DNA of 64,000 bases, from contig CAUYUJ010000107.1 in assembly GCA_963575745.1 (NCBI GenBank), positions 1-64,000 on the forward strand, read 5' to 3'. This document shows positions 12,561 to 22,500 of this stretch, piece after piece (positions within the stretch are counted from its first letter, which is position 1; every line of letters begins with the position of its first letter). The DNA is from Prorocentrum cordatum. Lineage: Eukaryota. A program made the position numbers and the translations under genes. The notes beneath the pieces are model-generated. The model made no database searches and had not been told where the DNA came from. It saw nothing but the letters and a program-made list of their open reading frames with translations.

Positions 12561-13600
12561 ATGGAGGTGCTGGTGCGAGCCATGTCTGGCGAGTGCGAGG
12601 GCCCTCCGTGGCGGTGCAGAACATGCAGCATGGACTTTGAACGCGGAAGCGCAAGTATGACATCCACATGTCTGGGCGCTACCATGCTCGCCAAGTTCGC
12701 GAGCAGTCTGGCCTGCGGGAGCGGAAGGGCAATATCTTGCGCCGGATGACAAACGTCACAGCTGCTAGCTTCGTCTCGTGGCTCAAGAGCACCATCAGGC
12801 GCAGCCAGCGGGCGATTCGGAACGGCGACAAGGTCGTCGACTTCATCCCGTTCGGCGTGTCGTGTCTCGTCACTCGTGATGTACACGCAGTTCTCTGTCA
12901 GCTGCGGCGCCTGAGGACGAATGGTTCAGCCCTTTTGACTGCTGTTGGCGCTGCGTGCCTTCTCTGGACGGACGCGTGGGTGCAGGCCGTGGGCGTTCCG
13001 CTCACGACCTCATCCTATCGCGGCGACTTGGTGAGGAGACTCTTGCAAACGCGCGCGGATGGGGCGCAGGTGGCGAACCCCAGCATTCGCGTTTGCCGCG
13101 GGCGGTCGCTTCTCACAGGCACCCAGGCGTGTGCTCGGCGCAAAGCTCGACGGCTTGTATCCTTAGTGCTTGGTGTTGCACGCCGAGCTCCAGGGGCATA
13201 CGCCCTACTTCAAGAAGGCAGCGCGTCGAGCGCCATGGATGCTTTGTGCGGGCCTGGCCTGCCAATCGGGGGATACGCAGCTAAATTCATGCCGGTGCTG
13301 TTCTCGCAGCTGGAGCTCGCGCAGTGGACGTCAGTTGCGACCCGCGGCGTCGCTGTTTCCACGGGCTTGGCGGCACTTCGCCTGCTCGTGGGTCGAAGCG
13401 TGACCCTGGCTGGGGCTGACACGGCGCTGGCGCTGCTGTCACAGAGCATCCGTGCAGATTGGGCTGGGCCGCCGCGGCTGCCTCCGTTCGAGATGCTCGA
13501 CCTGGAATCGCAACTCTGTGCGTGGCACTCTGCGGCCCGTGCATCCGCGAACAGCTGCGAGTGCCGGGGCATGCGTGGTGCACTTCAGCTGCCGCAGTAA
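12561..13600 (+). pseudogene. U1/matrin-type Zn finger plus helical domain resembling the aGPT-Pplase1 / 5-hmdU DNA kinase helical (HhH-glycosylase-like) family; one frameshift
   Basis: ATG 12561 gives MEVLVRAMSGECEGPPWRCRTCSMDF; one base added near 12663 joins it to HMSGRYH (CxxC...HxxxxxH) in ORF 12668-13600. The C-terminal motifs DAL..PIGGYAAKF, GVAVSTGLAALRLL and MLDLESQLCAW loosely follow GiGxFxAxQ, vGPGAxxGl and lxDiExxLCE in order and spacing. Confidence 0.45.
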
Positions 13601-14514
13601 AGTGTTTGACGTCGTCGGCGGTGCGCACGTTTTCTATTGCAGCGGCATGGCCGCAGTAAGGTGCGAAATGCACAGACCAACAGTTCGCTGGCATAGCGCG
13701 CGTTTGAATCCAATGCGCAGGTGGAACACAGCTACCCTCAGTAGTCGCAACCATCGCTCCCCCCTTTCTTCATTCACCTTTCCCTTCGTCGACGTGGCAC
13801 GTCAGATGCGCCTCGGGCGCACAGCGGGCAGATGTCATGTCAGGGGCGCAGTGCGCGCCCGCGCCTGAGGGGGGAGGGTGGGAATGGGTGGTCATGAGGG
13901 AGGGGGAGGAGGTGGGGCGTGGGAGTGGCTGAGCTACCATCAGCTGACGCATGGCGTTCTTCTAGACGCGTTCGTGTCTGGATGAGAAGGCGGAGGACTC
14001 TCAGATCCAGGCGACGCCGAAAAAATGTACTGTTGCCATTCCGGCTCGCAGTGTTGAACTGTGGCTGTGAGCGTAGCTCCGCCTACCAGCAATTGCTTCC
14101 GCCTATAAGCAATCTTCCTGTGGTTGTGAGTTCGCTCCGCCTACTAGTTGTGCAGTGAGTTCAGCTCTGCATTTGTGGAATGCGTCGCATCTGTGCTCGC
14201 TTCTGGGTGCCACGCGATATCAGAGCTCCGCTCCTCAGTGCGAGCGGCGGGAACCAGGGAAATGTGGGTGACGTAGATTTTCATGTCGTTGCGGATTTGA
14301 GTGATCCGCGTCGCAGATCTGGTTGTTGCATGTACTGCGTTGCTAGTGGGTTTTGGCGCACGTAGGGTTGGCGCACTGTTGCGAGCCGCGGGCTCGAGCC
14401 GAGCGCGCCTCTGAGATCATCGGTAGTGAGCGTAGCTCAGCCGTTGTTCACTCAGCTTTTGCGATTCTACATCGTTTAGCGAGGTTGCCAATCCGCCAGC
14501 GCGGCGCTCGGGCC

Positions 14515-16647
14515 ATGTCCGCTCCGAGCTTCCGCGAGGCTGTGGAGGCGTCTTTCGACAATATCGCTGTGCAAGCGGACGGCGCGGCAGAGAAAGCCAT
14601 GCAGAAGCCTGGCGTTGAGGGCTTGCGCGTGTTCCTGGAAGGGCGTCGCGGCGATGCTGCGAGTAGCGGCGCAAGTGCCGAAGCGGTTGCAGTGGAGTCG
14701 CTGAAGAAGGTTTTCGAGGGTAAGGGCTGGCCTCTCGACAAATCGTTTACGAGGGCTGATTTGACGACGCTGCTCGAATCGCTGGGGGATCCAGGTCCCG
14801 ACGGCGAGGAGTTGGCGGACGACATTTCCACGTTGGTGGATGAACTGCATTCTCGAGCGGCGGCGAAAGAATTCCCGCTCATTCGCCCGATAGAGTTGCG
14901 AGCGGACGACGAGCATAATGCCGCCGAGCAAGCCGTGAGTCTCGTCGAGAAGATGGATGCTGTGCAGATTCAGAGCTACATTGATAATAGTCCTGGTGAT
15001 CCAGCGACTTCGATTGACGAGAAGCATGCTCTGTGGGCCCTCAATGTTTATAACAAGCAAGTGCGTGATTTCCTCGCCAAGCAATCGCTTGATGCCAGGA
15101 CATTTGCTCACCGGTTTGCCCAGTCAACGTTCATCCCGCTGATCTCCCCGCAATCGATCGGCGACGAAGAGAAGAAGGTTTTCGCTCGCGATGCTGCGTC
15201 GGCCATGAGACCTGAATTGTTGGAGTCGCTGGACAAGAATTTGTGGTCAGCTCGGGAGGAGATTGCTGAAGTCGTCGAACTTAGTGGGGCGGACGCTCAT
15301 GATAGCTTCAGGGAGTTTTTGGAGGACTATTTTCGCATTGTGCGCGAGACATGCGATGCGGGCGCGCGGAAGAACGCGGGCACTGGCCCGGGCGCGACCG
15401 TGGCGTTTCGGCCGATGATGGACCCGGGGTTCGGGGTTTCTGCAGGCGAAGCAGACGAGCGTAAAACACTCCTTCTGAAGGCATCCGCGAACGATCATGC
15501 TTTCGCCGTGCAGGGCGTCACGGAGCAATACAGCGAGTATGTGCAATCGCGCACGGCCAAGCAGAGGAGAATGCCACCTTCGGAGCCACCAGAAAAATTT
15601 GCGGCTCCCCGGTGCTACTCCTTGCTGCGGGAGAGCATATCTGAGTTTCGTCCTGGGGAATCTGCTCCCCGACACGCCGAAGAGAGCGCCGTGGCTCATG
15701 GATCGACGCAGCTGTCCGGTGCGGCGTCGACTTCTGGTTTGTCTGGCATTGATCTGATTCTGTCAGGGCAGGCGTTTGGTCCGGCTTCTTCGGCGCCCGA
15801 AGAGATTGTCCACAAATCTGCGCTGGCAGTTCTCCAGTCCTCCGAGGAGGGTGGCAGGTGTCATTTTCAGGGCGTCTTGATTGTCTGCGACAATACTCCC
15901 CGCGATGTGCAGTACGCGGAGGGTTCTCCGCGGAAGCGCAAGGATCCGCCCTCGGAAGGGAAGGCGGCCGACGTGGTCATGGTGGACAAGACGGGGCCCA
16001 TCAGCGCGTGCTTATGGGGTGACATCGCTGAAGATATCTGCAGCATCTGGCGCGCTGTACAGGAGCGTCGCCAGCGGGGCGAGGTTGCTCCTTGCGTCGT
16101 GGACCTGTCGAAGGTTCGCATCCAGGGGGCAGGGAAAGACAATTGGAACGGGGAGTTGCTGACGCGAATTCGTTCGTTAACGTCGATCGAAGCCGTCGGC
16201 GGGGAGATGGGCACGACGGCGCAGGTTCTGCCTCGGCCGACGTCAGACAATCTCATCAGTATTAGTTTTGCGGTTCCACCTTCGGATTGCTGCGTTTCCG
16301 TGTTTCGATCTCTCCGCAACAAATTGAGCCCTCCATTTCGGTTGTCGGTGAGAGGCAAGGTCATGGATCTGCAGTCGTTGGAGATGTCGCAAGGGGGGAA
16401 CGCGAAGCGGGTATTTGATATAGTGGACAACAGTGGCCTCTATTTCACTTGCTGCGCCATGAAGCACAATGCGGAGTCCCAGGCGCTGCGGAACTTCCAG
16501 GACGTCGTGGTCTATTACGGAACAGGCCGCGGGGCTATTGGCAATTCAAAGGGCATGCTTTATCTTTTGAAGGATGCAATGATAATCCCCATCGGCCAGC
16601 CTGCTATGCTGGGCACTGCGAAAACCGAGCAGCTTACGATCCAGTGA
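14515..16647 (+). CDS. Tandem OB-fold ssDNA-binding (RPA70-like) protein with a long N-terminal helical region
   Basis: Uninterrupted ORF, probable start MSAPSF at 14515. The C-terminus has two OB-fold-like patterns: FQGVLIV...DVVMVDKTGPISACLWGDIA...VDLSKVRI and LSVRGKVMDL...KRVFDIVDNSGLYFTCCA. Some Helitrons are known to carry RPA genes. Confidence 0.65.
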   Translation: MSAPSFREAVEASFDNIAVQADGAAEKAMQKPGVEGLRVFLEGRRGDAASSGASAEAVAVESLKKVFEGKGWPLDKSFTRADLTTLLESLGDPGPDGEELADDISTLVDELHSRAAAKEFPLIRPIELRADDEHNAAEQAVSLVEKMDAVQIQSYIDNSPGDPATSIDEKHALWALNVYNKQVRDFLAKQSLDARTFAHRFAQSTFIPLISPQSIGDEEKKVFARDAASAMRPELLESLDKNLWSAREEIAEVVELSGADAHDSFREFLEDYFRIVRETCDAGARKNAGTGPGATVAFRPMMDPGFGVSAGEADERKTLLLKASANDHAFAVQGVTEQYSEYVQSRTAKQRRMPPSEPPEKFAAPRCYSLLRESISEFRPGESAPRHAEESAVAHGSTQLSGAASTSGLSGIDLILSGQAFGPASSAPEEIVHKSALAVLQSSEEGGRCHFQGVLIVCDNTPRDVQYAEGSPRKRKDPPSEGKAADVVMVDKTGPISACLWGDIAEDICSIWRAVQERRQRGEVAPCVVDLSKVRIQGAGKDNWNGELLTRIRSLTSIEAVGGEMGTTAQVLPRPTSDNLISISFAVPPSDCCVSVFRSLRNKLSPPFRLSVRGKVMDLQSLEMSQGGNAKRVFDIVDNSGLYFTCCAMKHNAESQALRNFQDVVVYYGTGRGAIGNSKGMLYLLKDAMIIPIGQPAMLGTAKTEQLTIQ

Positions 16648-17686
16648 GATGCGCCGCTTCGGTGCAGCATGTTTCGGCGTGGTTCTTGGCAGCGCGTGCG
16701 TTTAGGTTCACCGTGTGTTACGTCGCACCTAGTTCAGCCGCGTAGGCAGCATGCCCGACGCTTTTTCCACGATTCCATCTGTTGACGTGCACATGTTGAT
16801 CGTGTATGTTTACACAGATTAGTGTATATGGCGGGCGTTGTTCGTGTAGGTATATGCACTGGATGGAGCTCGATTGTTTCGTTCCAGCGGTGCCGCGATC
16901 GTGAGCATAACGCATCCGATACCAGCATTTGTTCTTAGCGAGAGTGACAAGCGACGCCTGTGGAGGAACCTCGTTCCTTTTTCCGCCTTCTGCAGCAACG
17001 CTTCGTTCGCGATTCTCGCCGACGTCTTTTGTCGTCGATTTCATCGTCGTCGTCGTCGTCGGTCGCTTTCAGAGCCGCATCGTAGTATCCGGACCGCGCA
17101 CTTGAGGACACTGCCGCCAAACATTGCAGCCGCCGCTGCCGACGTCGTCGACGACAGACGGCGACGACGGCGAGAAAGACGACGACGACGACGACGGCGA
17201 CGATGGGACGAAGACAGTTTCAAGAATGGCCCAAGAGTGGATGCACGAACCGATAACTATAGTTTCCGCTGGAACAGGGTCCCAGGAGGCTCGGAAAAGG
17301 CCCTCCTCACGAGGCCCGAAGATGCACCCCAGACGCTCGCAGGAAGCGCCGAGGAAGGCCGCAGATGGACCGACCAGGCAGATGTTATTGATTCACCGTT
17401 TGTTGTTGCTAGTCCTTCCTAGTTTCGCGTTCTCCGCTTCTCGACGCTCCCAGACGGCGTTGGAGGCTTCTCAGTTCGCTCCAAGAGGGCCCAAGGCCCC
17501 AGACGGCCCTGGAGGCTCTCCAGATCTCCGAAGAGGGCCTACATAATGGTCGAAGAGGGGCCCAGGAGGAATGCGGACGCAGATGGCGGTTGCCGTTCGT
17601 CGATGTTTCTGCTCGAGAGTCGCCCGTTGCTGCAAAGCCATTGGCATGAGCGTAGCTCGCCTGCAACTCCGACAAATCTCACGCGG

Positions 17687-17942
17687 ATGCCAGTCGTGGA
17701 CTTACGTGAGGTTCACGCGCCCTTGCCTCGAGCGGTGCGAGAATTGCAAGGGGTGCTGATGGAAACTATGTCTACGGCCGGAGATGGCGCGTGCGCTATC
17801 CATTCCGTGTGGGGCGAGTGGGCGTGGGGTGAGCTGTTCAAGCGCGACGCTCGGTCGTTTCTCCGCGACGCATTCGGTCCCACTGCTGAAATATTCAAAT
17901 CGAGGCTGTCTTCCGAGGGGCTGCTGGGCGATATGGAATGGG
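17687..17942 (+). pseudogene. 5' part (N-terminal half of an OTU-like protease domain) of the Helitron-like Rep-helicase gene
   Basis: METMSTAGDGACAIHSVWG is an OTU catalytic-Cys motif (GDGxC). The coding sense ends exactly at the TSD, and the frame resumes at 42047. Confidence 0.75.
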
Positions 17943-18027
17943 TGGGGACGTCGCAAAGTGTCCAAATCTGTGTGGCCGCCGCTTGTGTTCAGACCAGGGG
18001 GTTGGGGGTGGAAACGACCAAAAATGA
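17943..18027 (+). repeat. Left terminal inverted repeat
   Basis: TGGGGACGTCGCAAAGTG...CTGTGTGGCCGCCGCTTGTGTTCAG...GGAAACGACCAAAAATGA, reverse-complementary to 41953-42037. Confidence 0.92.
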
Positions 18028-19545
18028 CTGCTGGAACCGCTGGTGCCAGCGGGCTGGAAATCGCAGGAAACACATAGGACCATCAACGAAATCGAACGAA
18101 AACGAATCAAAAGAGGAGGAGGAGGAGGGGGGGGACGAGGAGGAGGAGGAGGAGGAGGACGAGGGCGAGGAGGAGGAGGATGAGGATCAGGAGGAGGAGG
18201 AAGAGGAGGAGGAGGATCAGGAGGAGGAGGAGGAGGAGGAGGAGGACAAGGGAGGAGGAGGAGGAGGAGGAGAACGAGGAGGAGGAGGAGGAGGAGAGGA
18301 GGAAGAGAACGGCGGCTGCAGCAGCAGGCGGCAGGAGGGGAGCTTGCACGAGGTGAGAGGCGAGAGTGGTCACGTGCTGGGATGTACAATCCATTCCATA
18401 CCACAAGGAACGCATCATATGGAACGAATGTGATTATCTGCTTCTCTGGCCACGACGGGCCTAGGGGCCTAGGCCGCCACGAACTGGTCCCACTATATAA
18501 ATGTAAAGAATGGTCCGAAAACCAGACCCAGCCCGAAGCAGTCCTTAGGTCAGCGTCTTGACTGACTGATCAAGTCGAGGCCGCCGCCGCCGAGGGCCGT
18601 CGAGCCGAAGCCGATCGACCGCGCCGCCGGCCGGCCGACATCCTCCTCCTCCTCCTCCTCCTCCTCCTCAGCCTATTCCTCCTCAACAGTTCCACCTCCT
18701 CCTCCTCCTCCTCAGTCCTCCTCCTCCTCCTCCTCCTCCTCCTCCTCATCCCCCCTACTCCTGCTACGTTTCCTCCATCTACTTCCCCTACCTCCTCATG
18801 CAAAATATCATCCTCCTTCCCCTCCTGATCGTTCTCCTCCTCCTCCTCCTTCTCCTCCTCCTCCTCCTCCTCCTCCTCCTCTTCCTCCCTCCTCCTCCCC
18901 TCCTCCTCCCCCCCCCCCACTCGCCGCCCATGGCGGCGGCGGCGGCCGCGGCGGCGGCAGCGGGGGCCAGGAGCTCCGCGCCCTGTCTGCACCCTTCCTC
19001 CATCTTCCTCCGGGGCGCCTTTATCTTTATTGTGTCCTCCTATCGTGCCGGGTGCCGCAGGGGCCGGTCACGAGTCACGAGGGGCAGTCCAGTCCACTCC
19101 CACGAACGGAACAGCCCACGAGCTACTACGTAGTTACTACGACTACGACTACTACCTACACGAATGCCTGTCACACAGCAGGCGCGCAGCACGGTCGGCA
19201 AGCCGACCTGTAGACACCCACAGTAGCCGCGTCGTTGCCTGGAAACATCAGGCCCCTGCCGCACATTAGAGGCGGTCGCGCAAAATACAAAATCAAAACG
19301 AAGCAAATAATTCTCCAGCCTCGCCCTGGGCTGAGAGAGAACAGCTGCTGCTACGGGCGCTGGGCAATTGCTCGCAGACGGCCGAACGCCATCCCGAACC
19401 TTGCCACGCCGCGGGCCGCGACGAGGTCAGCCGGGCTAGTCGGGGAGGCCGGGGAGGAGGAGGGGGGGCATGATTTTCACATTGGTGGTTTTCTGTTTTC
19501 TTCTTGGAGCCCTTGGAGGTTGAGAAGAGGAAAACCGAGCAACAC

Positions 19546-22500
19546 CTAGGACAAGATGTGCTTCGATGTGTGTTTCGAGGTCGTCGTCTTCGCCACTTTT
19601 GCCGGCTGCTCCTGGCGGAGAGACGCCTCGTGCGGAAATTCTGGCCTGGTCATCTCAACTAGCTTGACTCCTCCAGGGGCCTCGGCCAGCTCGTGCACAC
19701 TCAGGGCGTCGCCCCTAGGAAACGCCGGATCGATCGTGAACGTCGGGACCCCGATGTCGAGGGTCGTGCCGTCGTGGGAGACCGTAACCCGAGTGGCGCC
19801 CTGACGCAGCACTGCCGGCAACGACGGCGGCTCCTGGTCGCCTTTCTTGGTCTTCCTCCGGCGCTCCTGGGGTCGGGGCAGTACGCAGTCAAGCAGCATA
19901 GTGAGGATGCGCGGCAAGGATGCAAGGGCCTTGGAGGGCTGGGAGGGCCACGTCATCAACGTTTGTTCGAACCAGGTTTGCCAGCGAGAATTTCGAGACA
20001 CGGGTGCAAGGGTAGCCGTGACAAGTGGCGCATCCTTACTATGCGGGCTGACTGTATCTCTCTTCCCCTCCGGCCCCGCCCTCCCTCCCAGCTCAACCTC
20101 CTGACCTTGTCAGCCCTGGGGAGTCCTGAGGGGGCGGGGATAAGGGCCCCGTCGCACCGCTGCGTTGCCTCCAAGGCGGGCGGAGGCGAAGAGAGATACG
20201 CAAAAACGGGCAGGAGGACAGGGGGGGGAGGGGGAAGCGGAGAAGGAAGAGGAGGAGGAGGAGGAGGAGGAGGAGGAGGAGGAGGAGGAGGAGGAGGAGA
20301 AGGGCCCCCAAGAACAACCTCGAAGTTTTTCTTCATCTTACCTTAGGAGGAGGAGAAGGAGGAGGAGGAAGACGAGGAGGAGGAGGGTAGGGCAGAGCAT
20401 GAGGCAGGAGGGAGAGAGGAGCCGGCGTCCACGGCGCCGATCCGCAGTCCTGACCAGTGACCAGGACCTTCGCGTTCCAGGCCGGGGCGAAGGTGGCGGA
20501 GTCGGCGTTGACCATGCCTCGGGCCAGAGGGCAGCGAGAAGGATGCATCGAAAAACGATGGGGAGAGGGGGGGGAGAGGGGAGGAGGGGGTGGTGGCAAG
20601 CTAGGTGCGCTCGCGTCATATCTGACGTCCTACCCGGGAGTCCTACCCCTCCCTCCGGAGCTCCCCTCCCATGTGGAGAAGGGGGGGGAGGAGTTGGAGT
20701 TGGATTTGGAGTTGGAGGTGGAATCACACGGCTGAATCCGACCAACGTTGGCACTGATACGACCCCAAACCTAGCAACTTACATCTCACAGGACGCGACG
20801 GGAAGGTGGGATGAGGGTGAGAAGATGATGATGAGGATGAGGAGAGTCGGAGAAGGAGTGAGATGAGGATTAGGAGTAGAGAGAGGCACGCCTGTGGTCG
20901 GAGAAATGCTGACGTAGAACTTCGTGCCCATCAGCATCACGTCGCCCACGGGAACAGCAGCCCTCGGAAGCTCGCTCGTCGGGCTGATGAGGACCCTGCC
21001 AATCATGTGGCACGCGAAGTGCGCGGCATCAGGGTGGTTGACGTCGATGAAGAGCCTGAACTTGCCAGTGCCCGCAACGGGCTTCCTGAACCACAAGCAC
21101 CGGCCCGCGCGGTCGACGCACGAGTCGTGGGTCGGGGCGCCGTTCCCGTCGTAGGTCACGATGTCCCCGAGCATCTTCGCGGACGCCTTGGCCGCCAACG
21201 TCTGCGCGAGCCAAGCGGCCTTGGAGGGCCTCTGCACGTAGGAGGTCCACGGCGAGTTTGCTTCAGCGGCCGCCGCCGCCTTAGCACTCTCAACCTCCTT
21301 GTCGATGACGGTAGCTGACTCCGGCGTAGGGCATAGCGCGAGCTTGACCGCATCAGTGGTGTCAGCGATCCTCTTGGCGACCATGGCCTTGGCGATCGTG
21401 GAGCTGTCGCTTGCCTCCTCTAGCTTGAGCTCCAGGGCCGCGGCCTTCTTGTCCGGCGTAGCCATCGTGTCGACCATGCTCTTGCACGTCTCGGCGTCTG
21501 CGGAGTCGCGGGCGTTGATGGACTTGGCCTGGCCGATGACGCTTGCCCACAGCACCGACCACTTCACGCCGTCATGGGCTGCTGCGTCAGCTGCGCTGAC
21601 CTCGGGCTCCCATGCTTTGACGAACTCGGATGCCGCCCTGCACCGGGCCGCAACCTCGGCAGCCTTGCCGTTGGCCCCAAAGACGTCCTCATCGTCGTCC
21701 GCCATGTACGCCTGCACTACGGCGTCGACCTCATCCAGCAAGATGCACATGTATTGCGTCCTCAGCGCCGCGAACTCAGCAGCGGCAGTACTGGATGGGA
21801 AAAGGTTGCCCGCGTCCTTCATGCACTGCGGCGTGATTGAAGGTGCGCAGTCGGCGGCGGCCTGGTAACAGCAGCGCGCGACTGTGACGAAAGACGGCTC
21901 GATGGCCGAGCTGATAGCCGGGAGAAGTGCGCAATCCATGATGACGTGCAGCGCCTCCGTAGTCCCAGAGCTCTTCTGGAAGATGTCTGCTAACTTCTGA
22001 GGGCACAGAGAGCTCCACAAAGCGGAGATGGCCGACACCAGCTGCGGGTGGGTCCTGCGCATGACGGCGTGCTTGAGCCCTATCTGAACAGAGCTGGAAA
22101 ACAATTTGCACCGCTGCAGTAGCTTGGGGTCGGCCTTGACCATGCGGGATATCACATCGGTTGGCGCCCCCCCCTCCTTCGCGGCAACTGATAGGGCGGC
22201 AGCCTCCGCCTCGACGGTCTGGCCTGTCAAGTCGGGGTCATCATCCGCCTCCTCGGTGTTAGGGACGATGACGTCGAAGTGATCGTTCACAAGCTTCGCC
22301 TTGATGTAGCAGCGGACAGATAACCAGCTGGTCAACTTCAGATATTTGGCCGGCGATGATGGTGGCGGTGCCGGGGTGCCGGGCTCCCTCTGCTTGGGCA
22401 CTGTGATCTTGCCCGAGGCCGCGAAGCATACCACGAAGTTCTTGGCGTCCTCGATGCTGCTATCCTTCGCCTTGCCATCTGGAACGCGAGCCATGATGCA

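Noticed and set aside
17943..18433. Continuation of ORF 17546-18433 as a real Glu-rich C-terminus
   Set aside because: It is read-through into the TIR and a (GAG)n tract; the true continuation is at 42047.
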